A stretch of DNA of 64,000 nucleotides from assembly GCA_000004985.1 (NCBI GenBank), contig GG738893.1; one strand, given 5' to 3'. Below are positions 41,381 through 54,049 of the stretch, piece after piece. The notes below the pieces were generated by a model. The model ran no database searches, had not been told where the DNA came from, and saw only the letters and a program-made list of their open reading frames with translations. Each line of letters starts with the position of its first letter. Positions within the stretch are counted from its first letter, which is position 1. The position numbers and the translations under genes are program-made. Source of the stretch: Naegleria gruberi (lineage: Eukaryota).

Positions 41381-42566
41381 ATGTTTAAACGTTATCTCTC
41401 TATCTTCCTTCTCTCACTGTTCATTCTCCACCTGTGCTATGCATGTAATCCACCTAAAATTGGTGGGTGTTATATTTTCCCTCCAAATGATGAATGGAAT
41501 CGTGACATTTCCAATGATCCAATTGACTATATGAGTTCCTGTTATATCGCCAAATATTCAGGTAATTTGAAGGCAGATTTTAGCGGACCATACTTTGATG
41601 GTACACAAACCGTAAGTGCAGGAATTCCTTATAATACTGTAAAGGGAAATTCTGTTAGTAAGGTTACAATTAAATTTTCTGCTGATGGCGCTCCAGATGA
41701 ATCAGATTTCACATCAGCACCAATTCCATTGAATAGTAAGATTGAAGGAGGTTCTGATAAGTAAGTAGTTCTTAATATTGGATTGATAATATCTTATCAA
41801 TATTTAATTTGAAATAGACACGTGTTAGTTTTGGACACAGATAATTGTATTCTTTATGAAATGTTTGGATCTGTTGCAGGAAGTGATTCTTGGACATGTG
41901 GATCAAATGCAAAATTTGATTTAAATCAAAGAAATGCCAGTATGTTTCGTTATCCAAATGAATTATCAGTTACCTCAGCAGATGCTGCTGGTTTACCAAT
42001 TTTCCCTGGTTTGATGAAATATTCAGAAGTTGCTGCTGGTAATATCACTCATGCAGTTCGCTTCACACTTCCAACTGCTCAAAGAGCTTACATTCCTCCA
42101 GCAAAACATTATGGTTCCAAAGGATGCCTCCTATCTTCCGTATGGAGCTAGATTCAGATTGAAAGCTTCATTTGATTTATCTTCATATACTGGTCAATCA
42201 TTGGTTATTTTGAAGGCATTGAAAAAGTATGGAATGATTTTTGCGGATCAAGGTTCAAGTTATTTCATTAGTGGAGAACCAAATGATAAGTGGGATAGTG
42301 ATGATTTGAATCAATTGAAAAAAGTTCCATCAACTGCATTCGAAATGGTGAGAAGAACTGGAAAGATTGTTAGAGATTGGACCACTGCAACAGATTCCTG
42401 TAATGGACAGTCAACTGAATTGATTTATACTCCCAATTACGTTTGTAGTGGAAATTATACTAATGTAAATAATGGAAAATCAGTTTCTGGAGCTAGCCAT
42501 CTTTCAATTACTCATATTATTTCATTATTGATTATTGTTGCTGTTGCTGTTGGTTTAATTATGTAA
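41381..42566 (+). CDS. Secreted, probably GPI-anchored protein: 2 exons plus an apparent 1-nt frame disruption near 42100
   Basis: Exon 1 is 41381..41760 and carries the signal peptide MFKRYLSIFLLSLFILHLCYA. The donor is AA|GTAAGT and a 57-nt intron ends at AATAG. Exon 2 starts at 41818 and runs in the frame of ORF 41822..42151. The reading frame then has to shift by +1 near the A4 run at about 42103 to continue into ORF 42030..42566 (...AYIPPA|NIMVPKDASYLPYGARF...). That ORF ends with a hydrophobic tail ISLLIIVAVAVGLIM, consistent with a GPI signal. Confidence 0.5.
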
Positions 42567-42608
42567 CAATAAATATTTAAATGAATTAAAAAAAACTTGG
42601 TTTAATAT

Positions 42609-44058
42609 TTACATTTTAGAGACTGGTTCAAGTTGTAAAGTGGTATTTTCCAAAACAGTATTATCAGCAATAATAGACTTGCTCTTTGCTATCAGTGTAA
42701 CCTTTCCTTTGAGAACAACGTTCTTTCCAAAAACAACATGACCACGGACATCGAGTTCAGTAAGTTCCTTAATATCTGGTACACCATTGCTAAAGTTTGA
42801 AAGATAGTCTCCAACCTTCTTATAATAACTATCATCAAGATTAATAATTGGAGCTTCTTCAGTGCTAGACTTTTCCAAGCAATAACCCTCAGAGAGATTA
42901 TATAAATTAGATTGGACTAACATGAGATCAGAACATTTCTTAACAGGTAAGAAACGAGATCTAGGGACTTCAATACCGAGTGACTTATTGAAAACTTGAA
43001 TAGCAGCACCAGCAGCTGTTTCCAATTGAATAATCTTGACACCATCCACTTCCTTCTCGTTATTAATAATTTCAACCTTTCTCTTTAATTCTTCCAATTG
43101 AGTTTCAATGGATGGAAGACGAATCCATAAATTGTTGGTATTGAAAATCTTGAACTTTTCGATTGATTCAAAATCTTTAACGTGGTGTTTTGGAACTTGA
43201 GCAAGTTCTAATAATTTAACAGCCTTTCCATCATAATTGATCAAAGTACCTCCTTTAACGTCAGCCATAGTTTTCTTAGTGACCTCCATACAAAAATCGA
43301 CTTGATTTTCAGTGAGATACTTCAAAACTCTAAGATCAACTGTAGCACCTAAATTGTCAATATTAGAAAGGAAAATATATTCTTTTCCTTCTTGTTTGAA
43401 TTGATTATATAATGGTGATTGGAAGAATGAGCTATAAAAGTCACCGTGACCTGGTGGATACCAAGCTTCCTTATTGGAATCACTTGGAATATCAGATGGT
43501 AATGGAAGTAGTGATTCCTTGATAATTCTTGGAAATTGATTTTGTTCGAAACATTCAATTCTAACTTTAACATTGGCATACTTTGGGGCAGTGATAATCT
43601 TCTTTGAATCTTCTGAAGTATTGAATGAATTCATTAAAACCAAAGGAACGTCAACGTTGTATTTGCTGTTCAAAAACTGAAAAGTTTAGAAATAGGCAAA
43701 ATTAAATACTTACTTGAATTTGTTTGATAGTGAGATCGAGGAAAGTATCTTCCTCTCGGACTTGAATGACTGATTTTGGACCAGTGCAACCCATGGTAGT
43801 TCCCAAACCACCATTTAATTTAATAACAATTAATTTAGATAAAAGTGATTGAATTGCTTCATCGGAAGTGTCGTCAGCGAGTGAATCGTATGGTTTGACG
43901 TCTTCCTCAGAAGGTGTTCTAATCTTTTCCCAATCGATTTGTGATTGATCCTTTTCATTGACAAATCTATTGAACAAGATTAAAAAGTCTTGCATTTGTT
44001 GAGCAAAGTGTTCCTTTCCGTTAGACTTTTCAATAAGTTGTTGTACAGCTTGTTCCAT
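42609..44058 (-). CDS. UTP--glucose-1-phosphate uridylyltransferase (UDP-glucose pyrophosphorylase), 2 exons, 470 aa
   Basis: Model: join(complement(43714..44058), complement(42609..43676)). On the minus strand the donor is CAA|GTAAGT and a 37-nt intron ends at TTTTCAG. The ATG is the complement of 44056-44058 (MEQAVQQLIEK). It has the diagnostic LNGGLGTTMGCTGPKS and NSKYNVDVPLVLMNSFNT. Confidence 0.85.
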
Positions 44059-44878
44059 TTTACTATTGGTAAGTTGATGATGATTTGGTGACGATGTATT
44101 TTGCGGATTAGTTAGTAGTGATGATGTGTGGCTTGCCAAATAATACAAGAATATTACTGGTTGTTGTTTTTGTCTGTTTGTTTATCGTTGATTTTTTTGT
44201 GTTGTGTTTTTTAGGCTTTGAAAATTTACTTGCCAACAAAAGCTTGCCAGGGAATTTTCGGTTGGAATTTTGAAGGCCGAAGTAGAAAATCAAGGCGAAT
44301 CTTCAAAACTGACCTAAAAAGTGCCCATGAGTTGTAAACCAAGAATGAGTCATAATCTGAATGGTCAATAGCATTTAAAAAGGTTTGTTTATTAATATTT
44401 ATATTTTAAAGAACCAAGATGGACAATTGAGGTTTTGGAAATTGATGTTATTTGGGAAGATATTTTCTATGAATATTTAGGGAAAATTTACAATATGAAA
44501 AGATGCGGCATCTTTGAATAATATGTATTACAATATTGTTGGGATAGGAGTATGATGAGAACCAATGACAAGATCAATTGTATTTCCTCATTTTTAAAAT
44601 TGTGAACGATTTATTGAAAGAAATAGATCTATCTACTCATTATTCATTTTAACAACTGTGAATCAAAGGCAGTTATGGGATACTGCGCAGAAAAAATAAG
44701 AGAATGAAATGACAAAACAGGCTTAAGGGAAACATGAATAAATTCTCTTGAATTAGGATCTATGAGGGTATTAAGATTAATACAGAACTCCCCTACAACT
44801 ATTCACTATTTACGAAATAAATAATCAAAAAAATTTTACCTTCATTTTTTTAAAATTAAAATTTTTTGAATTAAAAAA

Positions 44879-46208
44879 ATGCATAAACTTATCCACTCTA
44901 ATACTCGCTTGCTGAAGGCTGTTTCCTCTCAACAATGTGCCTTCTCTACATCCGTTTTGCGATTCCAAAAGGCTGTTGAAGGTTCCGTTCCAACCAAGCC
45001 AGTCCAAACACCAAGCACTAGTGAAGAATTAGTCAAGGATATTTTGAATAATAACGCTGTAGGAAAAATTGCTGAAGCTGTTGAATCCTACGAAAAACTC
45101 AAGAAGATGAATAAGAATATTGAATTGAAAACTTTGAACACTATTTTGAGTTCGTTCGCTTCTAAAAATCTTCTTTTCAAATGGTTTAAACCATACAAAG
45201 ATTATGTGGATATGTATGTTGAAGCTGGTAAATTCAGACCAAAGGAAGTACGTATTTAAATATTATTCCGAAATTCTAAAACAACACAACAACAAAATAT
45301 AGAGATTAGAGGAAGCTAAGAGAGTTTTTGATGATATTTACAAGTACCACCAACAACCTGATATTGTCTCTTATAATGCTTTGATGAAGGTACAACTTTC
45401 TACGGATGACGTTTTGAATGTTTTTGATACTTTCAATCAATTACAATCTTCTGGAGTTACTCAATCACCATTATACAGAGAACAATTGTTGACCACATTC
45501 GGTACACTTTTGAGAGCTTGTTCTATGCTTGAACAAACACAATTAGCTGAAGAAATTTACTTCTTTGCTCTCCAAGAACTCATCAAGGATAGATTGGCAA
45601 CATCACACGAAAAGCCATGGAAATTATCTGATAGTGTTTCATATTTAACATTGTGTAATACTATGTTGGATGTTTATGCTGAAGCTCGTGATCCATTTGC
45701 TTTCAACTTTTTCGATCAAATGGTTGCTAATTCTTCAGCAGCTCACTACTCGAATCAAAACATTGAAAAATCTCGTTATAAGAGATCACCAAAGTTGTTG
45801 GGTTCTCTCAATGGAATTACATTCAATACTTATGCTAAGGCTTGTTTATTTTTGGATCAAAGAATTAGACTTGTTGAAATGGCTGAAAGAATGAGAGTTG
45901 AAGGTGTTCTTCAATCTGAATTGAGTCAACCTGTTAGACTTGAAATTAAGCATGCCCTTGAAACTTATACTGAACAATTCCACAAACAACATAGATCTGA
46001 ATTATTACCAGAAGGTCCACACGATTTGATTGCTTCTGATCTTTTCTACGATTTGAGAGATTTCCTCATTATTGATCCAGATGAAGAAGATAATGCTGCT
46101 TGGGGTAGAGAAGTTGATACTCGTGACTTTAAGTTTATGAAATTCTTGAAGCCAACTCAAGATTTGTACAAGATTGATTTAGGTGATTCTTTCAAAGAAC
46201 GTAAATAA
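44879..46208 (+). CDS. PPR-like repeat protein with a mitochondrial-type presequence, 2 exons (424 aa)
   Basis: Model: join(44879..45247, 45303..46208). The donor is GAA|GTACGT and a 55-nt intron ends at TATAG. The N-terminus MHKLIHSNTRLLKAVSSQQCAFSTSVLRF is basic and hydroxylated. There is a PPR-like motif PDIVSYNALMKV. Confidence 0.55.
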
Positions 46209-46640
46209 ATAAGAGATATTAAGTCATTCACCCACATTCATGTGGTATGGGCCTGACATTTCTTTACTGGAACCAAATTGTCACAACCAAAATAATAGAT
46301 TTGATTAGTTGTTGTGTTAATGTGTCAATTTTATTCCTTTCCTCGTCACATAAAAATACGCTGTCTAATCCCTCTCGTCCATCTGTCATCAGTTATTTAT
46401 TATTTCATTAAATAAAAATGAGGTTCTTTAATCGTGGTGGAAAGAAGGACGATAAAAACAAGAACAACGGTTCTACAACCACAACACCAGATAATAGCAG
46501 TGGTACCACTACTACAAATGGAGGTCGTTCTGGTTCTACCACTCAAACACCTCCAATTTCAACTGGAATACAAGATTCAACAGTGAGTGGTAGTCCTACT
46601 TCAATGACTCCAACCTCCACTGGTATGATGAATATGAATA

Positions 46641-49600
46641 ATGGTTCTAGTTGGTTCTGGTTCTTCTTCTTCAAATGGTGGAGAAAATTCACCAGCTACA
46701 GTAGCAGTAGTAGAAGGCTCTGGTGTCAATGTAAAATCACTCATCACCAAGACCTTGACCTCTCTACAGGAAATTTGGGATATTCACGGAGAGTTTTTGA
46801 CTGTAACAGCAGATGAAGAAGATACTAAACAAAAACTTTCAAAATTGACAAAATCAGAAATTAGAAAACACATTGATTTATTAATTGGTAAGAGAGAAGA
46901 GTGGAGTTCTGAGAGTGATGAAGCTTTTGCCTATCGATACAATATTAGAAAGGCTCACGTTATGAGTGAAAACAAATCTATAGAAAGAGGTGATTTACTT
47001 CCACCTGTTTATTTAACCTCTGATACTACTTTTGATCCGAGTATTAAATTCTTTTGTAAAGTAAATTTAGTTGGAGGTAAGTTTAGAATATTTAGATTAG
47101 TTTATATTCATGAATGATTTATATCAATACTATATATTGTATTATAATAACAATACTATTATTTGACTACTGATGGTTGAATGAACTTGTTTGATGCTTG
47201 TCTTGTTGACATTATCTCCCATTCATTGAACATCTCGGCTCACCTCATCAAATCATTAATTGGTTTACATTCGTATATATATATTTAATTGTAACATTTT
47301 ATACATTCTCTCATCGAATTTCTTATTCGACTATTCATAATAATATAATAACAATAACAACAACAACATTAACTGTCTATATAACTTTTATGTAGACAAT
47401 TTCCAAAGAATGGTTGATTGTGAACCATATTCCTCTGCTGACGATTTTGCCGAGTTGTTTATTAACAAGATTAACAAGTCACATCTCTTGAATAGAAGAA
47501 AGGAAGACGTAAGTAAATTATAACTGCAATTCTCTCTGAACATCATCATTACTAATAACAACAACAATATCATCAATAATATTATCATCAAATTTCATAG
47601 TGGATTTTTAAAGCTACTGGTACATCTGAATATATTTATGGTAATCAAAGAATGATTGATTTTGAAGTGATTAGAAGATGTTTGAAACGTGGTATTAATC
47701 GTGTCCAACTAAACCTCATGGACAAGGAAACTGTCTTGAAAGAATTGGATCCATATGATATGAATTTGAGGACAACTGAATATGATTTTGATTTTAAGAG
47801 AACTCCAAGATATTCCATGGATGATCATGAAAGATTCAAAAAGATTCAAAAAGATATTAGAGGAAACAAGAAGCACATCTTTTTGCATTACAATAGATTC
47901 AAAGGAGTGCAAACATATAGTAGTTATACAGAAGATGAATTTTCTAAAAACAGCTCTTCAACAATTTTGGATGACGATGAATGGATTAGTAAGATTGATC
48001 AAACTGATAATAATCACAATTTGACACAAGCAAATCTCACAATGAGAGATTCTTTATTCAGGACTGAAGAATTAATTAGAGATAAGAAGGCATTCACATT
48101 GTGGGATATTCATCGTCCATTCCGTCTTAAAATTGTTGGACTTGATAATATTCCACTCTCAGAAGATAGAGCTATTTACATTACTGCTCAAGTTTTTTTA
48201 GGTGGAATGCCGTTGACAAATTGTCGTATTACAAAGTGTGTAATCCAAAATAGAAATCCACGCTTTAATCAATATATTACCTTCCCTGAATTGTACATTT
48301 CTGAACTCCCTCGAGAAGCTAAAATTTGCATTACAGCTTTTAGCAAACCATACGTCCAAAATGATCCACACTTAATTGTATCAAATAGATCACCAACCAT
48401 TCAAGATATGACAAAACTTGCTAGTAGTACCATCAAGAAGGGTGTTATTACTGGTAATGAAACACTCCAAATTAATACAGCAAATACTCAACTTCAACTA
48501 GGAACATCTCCATCAATGATTTCAAATCCAACTGAAATTATTGATATTGATCAATCTTCAGCTGCTTCTTCCAGTTTCTTGAACGGAGATGAAGAAGATA
48601 TTCTCGAACATGAACAAGAACAAGGAGAAGGTGGTAAAAAATCCAAGAAGGATAAGACAAATGTTCCTGTAGCTGGTATGAATTTCCAATTATTCAACTT
48701 TTGTGGAACTCTCAAACAAGGTGTTTATTGTCTCAAAGTGGAACCAAATAGAGAAGCCAAACCAATCATGACAAGTGGTGAATCTAAGGATAGCAAGATT
48801 TCAATGACTTTCAGTTTGGACGAATATCTGTTACCTATTGTTTATCCTGATGATGAAGATAGTTTCTCTTCTATAGTCACTACAGATCAAACTAATACTT
48901 CTTTCTCTGACACTCTCAACAGTCTTAAACAAACAAAGGACCAATTGACAAGATCACTTTCAACAACTGAAGGTGGAATGTCATTCAATCCTCTTACTCA
49001 ACCAAGAAAAACTCAAATTCAAAACACAGGAGAACAATCAAAACCAGTTGCTCCAAATAGATTCAAGAAGCATTTACCAGAAATATTTATCAAGAGATTT
49101 GAAGAATATGTTGCCAAGAAGAATAGTGAAAGTTTACCTCCAGGTATTGCTGAAAAGAAATTAGAAAAAGTTTTGAATTATGATCCACTCAAGACACTCA
49201 ACTCTGAAGAACGTTGGTTGTGTTTCCTCAATAGAGACAAACTTATTGCCAAACCAAAGGCTCTCTCCAAGTTCTTGCTTTCTGTACCTTGGAAGTTCCC
49301 TGAAGCAAGATTGATTGCCAAGGAATATTTGGCCAAGTGGAATGCTATTGAACCAATAGATGCATTGGAATTGTTGGATCACAACTTTGGAGCCAGTTTT
49401 ATTAGAGAATATTCGATAGGACGACTTAACCAACTCTCAGATCAACAACTTTGTAACTATCTTCTTCAATTGGTTCAAACCTTGAAATATGAAAGTTATC
49501 ATGACTCTTCACTTGCTAGATTCTTACTCCAACGTGGTTTGAGATCACCAAATATTATTGGTCACATTCTCTTTTGGCATTTGAAGGCAGAAATGTATGT

Positions 49601-50756
49601 ACCATCTATTAGAGAAAGACACGGTTTGATTTTGGAAGAATATTTGAGAAATTGTGGCTCTCACCGTATCGCCCTGTTGCAACAAACAGGTGTACTTCAT
49701 CAATTGAATGTAATTGCTGAGGGTGTTAAAATAATAGATAAGGAAGAATGTAAAGAATATGTTAAGACATGTTTAGCAGAACTTAAACATCCACCAAAAT
49801 TCAAATTGCCACTCTCACCTCGTATGGAAGTTAAGGGAATTGAAGTTGATAGATGTCGTGTCATGAGCAGTAAGAAGAAACCTCTTTGGTTGGTATTCCA
49901 AAATGCAGATGCAACTGGTGACCCAATTCAAGTCATGTTCAAGGCAGGTGACGATCTGAGACAGGATTTGCTGACACTTCAAATTCTTTCTATTATGGAT
50001 CAATTGTGGAAGAAGAAAGGTCTGGATCTTCACATGAACCCATATGGTTGTATTTGTACAGGAGATCAACAAGGTTTTATTGAAATTGTCGTTGACAGTG
50101 ACACTGTTGCTAATATTACTGCTGGTGATACAGGAGGTATTTCAGGAGGTATTAAGGCTTTTACAAGTGCACCTCTTGAAATTTGGTTGTTAAAGAATAA
50201 TGGTGGAGTTATTACTTCACCAGATTATGAGAAAGCTGTACAAAACTTTGCATTATCATGTGCTGGATACTGTGCTGCCACATATGTTTTAGGTATTGGT
50301 GATAGACACAATGATAATATTATGTTAACTAGAAAAGGTGATTTATTCCACATTGACTTTGGTCACTTCCTTGGTAACTTTAAATCCTATAAGGGTATTT
50401 ATAAGAGAGAAACTACACCATTCGTTTTTACTCCAATGTATGCCCAAGTTATGAAATCTTTTGATTCTGAAAATAAGGGAAAATGTTATTATTCCACTTT
50501 TGAAGAGAAGGTTATAGCTGCTTATCAAATTTTGAGAGAAAATGGACATCTGATAATGAATCTTTTCCTTCTCATGTTGGCTACTGGTATTCCAGAATTA
50601 ACTTCAGTTTCTGATATCAAATGGCTGCGTGATTGTTTGGTTCTTGATAAGTCACCAGAAGAGGCTGAACAACACTTTAGAGATAAGATTACAAAGGCTC
50701 TTGCAAACACAAAATCCCAATTCAACGACTTTGTCCACATTGTAAAACATAAATAA
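46641..50756 (+). CDS. Class I phosphatidylinositol 3-kinase catalytic subunit, 3 exons (about 1234 aa)
   Basis: Model: join(46641..47076, 47396..47508, 47601..50756). The introns are G|GTAAGT...TGTAG (319 nt, AT-rich) and GAC|GTAAGT...CATAG (92 nt). Features include a C2 domain, the helical PI3Ka domain (LLSVPWKFPEAR..., SDQQLCNYLLQLVQTLKYE) and a catalytic domain with GIGDRHNDNIML and FHIDFGHFLG. The S/T-rich ORF upstream at 46418..46640 is in a different frame and is separated by an in-frame TGA, so it is treated as non-coding or as a possible N-terminal extension only if a 1-nt indel is assumed. Confidence 0.8.
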
Positions 50757-50839
50757 ATATAACCATTTAAATGTTATGTTCTCAGCCACAAAACTCCCAC
50801 CAAGTTGTCTCAAACTATTCGTTAACATATTCAAAAAAA

Positions 50840-53336
50840 ATGTCAAGATACTCAACACAACCTACCATGCAACGTGGTGCTTCATCTAATAAGGTTGAGG
50901 ATTTTGAAGATATGTTAGACATGGATCCTTATGATTTGGACGAGAATGTTAAATCACTTCTCGTTGCCGAAAAACTTGAGGAACAATATCAACGTAAGTT
51001 TTCGAAGGCTTGATAGTATTTATTTTAACTGACAATTTCTTCTTCATCAAATAGATTCATTTCAAAACATTGCTCAAATGAGACAAGCTATTGAGGAGGA
51101 GGATAGGAAACGGGAGAAAGTAGTGCAAAGGCAAAAGGAGCCAGAGCCGGAAAAGTATTATGATAGTGAGGGTGATGACGAATTAGAAATAATGGAGAGT
51201 GATGATCATGTTACAAAGTAAGTTGAATTACATTAATTATTAATTAATGTTACAAGTCAATTGGAGTTTACATTAGATGATATACCATTTCCTGCAAATC
51301 AAGATAATATTCCTATTCATGAAAGATTACTAAATTTCGGATCAAGCCTTTCATTAAAACATCAGTTGATGAAAAAAGCTAAGGATGAGAAGGAAAGTGA
51401 AACACAAACACCACACATTACTGAATTTGCAAAGCAAATGAAAAGAAAAGGAGCTATTGAGAATAGATTGCTTCAATCTAGGGATGAACTGAATGCAAGA
51501 CTTGATGAATTGAGAATGGAAAAAGAGAAAAAAGAACTAGAGGAGCTACGAGGTCCAAAGATCAATAAGAGATCTAAAGAATTGAAAAGAGATGAACCAG
51601 CATACGATAGGTTACTAGGATACAGAGAACAAACTCTTGCTAAAAGAGAAATGATAAAGAATCTACTCGAAGAAAAGAAACAACAGGAAATAACAATGAA
51701 ACCACAAATTAACAAAAAGTCTCAAAAGTTGAGAAGAGATATTGATGCTATTCAACAATGGGAAAAGGAGAAAAATCTGAAAACAGAACAATTGAGAAAT
51801 GAAATCAAGAAACAAGAAATCGAGCAATTGCAACAGCCGAAAATTAATCCAATCAGTGAAAAATTAGCAGCACAAATGGACAGGGGTCAAGATGTAGGAG
51901 ATTATTTGATACAAAGATATGAGAAAAAGAAAATGGAAAGAGAAATTAGGAATAAGATTGAAAAAGAAAAGGAAACAAAAGAAGCTAAACCTCATATTTC
52001 AGTCCATTCTGCAAATTTGGAAAGACAGGGGGTTGTGTTTGATAGATTATATATTGACAGTTTAGAAAAGGAAAATAAGAGAAGAGAAATGTTGGAGCAA
52101 ATAGAAAACAAGATTAATAATAATATTGATCCTCAAACAGGAACACCTCTTTACAATCCTATCATTAATGCTAGATCTGCTTTAATGGCTAGAAGAGAAC
52201 CTGTAGAAGATGTGTTGTTAAAAAAACGAGAAGAAGCAGAAAGAAAGAAGATGGCTTTAGCAGATAGGGAAAAGAAAGAATTAGAAGCTCAAGGAGGGAA
52301 AGTTGGAGCCTACAGCCGTCTTTTAGTTGAAATACTAGAAAAGAGAACCAACACAAATACTATGGATCGTCTTACCAGAGTTCCAAAGAAGCCAGAACCT
52401 ACTGTCATAACTCAAACATATTCTTTTAAACCAGCTATTAATCAAAATTCAAGAGAAATAGACAAATATAGAAATCAAGGTACTCCTCGTCAAGAAGTGT
52501 TATTAAGGAAAGGATATGAATACGAGCAGCACAAGAAAGAAATTGAGCAAAGGATCAAGGAAGTTGAAATGTCTCATTCACCAAAAAAGAAGCCTAAAAC
52601 TCCTAATGGACATTCTCTAGCAGATAGATCATTAGATTGGGCAAAAAGAAAAGATTTAAAGCTCGAATCTGAACGAAAAATGAGAGAAGCAAAAGAATCT
52701 GAAGAATGCACCTTCAAACCCAATGTAAAACGACTTGATGTCAGTAACATTGCACCTTGTGAATCTCATTTCAGGACAAAGGAGGAGGAAAATAGTTATC
52801 TCATTGCAATGAAAAAGCAGGAGAGTGTAAAGAAGCTCAATAATTCCAAGACAGAAGATATAAAACCCAAAGGGGGTTATTCACAGAATAAGAAGGATCC
52901 AGTGCCAAAGTCAATCAGACCAAAGAGCAGAGGGTCAGTGGATTTAAGAACCTCAACCAAATCAGTCAACCCTATTTCAAATCAACACCCTATTAACACT
53001 GATATTGATCGTAGGACACAGAATACAAGATATGATGAAATGGAGGATAGTGAAATTATGGACAATGAAAACATCTATGACGAAGAAGAAGTGGATCCTG
53101 AAATGGAATTTGAACAGTTGAGGAGACTTGTTCAACATGATAAATCCACTACTCAAGGATATTCAAATAATTTCAAAAACTCTCCACCTTTAAATATTTC
53201 AGATTTATTAGATTCTGAAAAAACCATGAATGAGCTGTATAGGTTATCAAATGAGCTTGATTATGATGATATGAATAGGATGACCCCAGAAGCTTATGAT
53301 CTTATCACGAACATGATTAGAAACTCTAGAAAATAA
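50840..53336 (+). CDS. Highly charged (K/E-rich) coiled-coil protein, 3 exons (798 aa)
   Basis: Model: join(50840..50993, 51055..51217, 51257..53336). The introns are CAAC|GTAAGT...AATAG (61 nt) and AA|GTAAGT...ACAAG (39 nt). The frame is continuous: MSRYSTQPTMQRG...EEQYQ|HSFQNIAQMRQ...DHVTK|NQLEFTLDDIP.... Confidence 0.55.
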
Positions 53337-53460
53337 AGTGTATTTTAGCTAGGAATCAATTTGCGCGCCAATTCAAATTACAAAAAAAAATAGGTATATG
53401 TCTACTGAACAAAACGGTATGTACTGGTTTTCATCATCATTCTCAATTTAATAACAAGCC

Positions 53461-53932
53461 ATGTCAAACGGAGACGATTCTAAGAGTATTTTTGTCGGAG
53501 CCAGTTTGCAAACAACAAACAATCAATTAGTAAAATGTAAGTCATCATGATAGCAAAATATTCATCATCTCCGTCATCTGAAATAATATTTATTATCATT
53601 ATTTAGGCATCGAGGAATTAAGATTGAGGAGAGATGAAGTTACCAGACAAATAATAAAGGAAGAGGAAGAGAAAAATAGGATACAAAACGAATTGAGAGT
53701 ACTTTCGGAGAAGCTAAATCGCCTCAATGATGGTCTAAGTAGAAAGCTCCAAGCTAAGCAAGAATACGAACGAACATTACAAGAAACAGAAGCAGCATAT
53801 AATAAGGTATGTTATTTTGTAAATTAATGATTTTAATTGTGATCATTAAAAAAGATTTTGGAAAGTTCTCAGACACTGCTTCATGTATTGAAAAGAGAAA
53901 GTGCAAGTCTTTCGAAGAAAGTTGGACAATAA
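53461..53932 (+). CDS. SSNA1: SSNA1/DIP13-family microtubule-binding coiled-coil protein (centriole/cilium-associated), 3 exons, 111 aa
   Basis: Model: join(53461..53536, 53607..53806, 53873..53932). The introns are T|GTAAGT...TTTAG (70 nt) and AAG|GTATGT...CTCAG (66 nt). The protein is [111 protein letters not shown]. It matches the remembered SSNA1 pattern ...L.KCIEEL...R.EL.RQI.EEE.EK.R.QNE.R.L.EKL..N..LARK...R.E.DRTI.ETEAAY.KIL.SS.TLL.VLKRE. Confidence 0.7.
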
Positions 53933-54049
53933 TACCATTAAATACAATTGTAAATTATATAAAATTTCATTATCCTAGTTATCTAATTTCTAGTAATCAT
54001 AATAATTGATTTTGTAATTTCAATTAGTTGATTCATCTTTTGCTCTTAA

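Noticed and set aside
46418-46816. Treating ORF 46418..46816 as the coding N-terminus of PI3K
   Set aside because: Beyond about 46650 this frame encodes WFWFFFFKWW, which is implausible, whereas the other frame gives a sensible G/S-rich linker continuous with the Ras-binding/C2 region. An in-frame TGA precedes the 46641 ATG.
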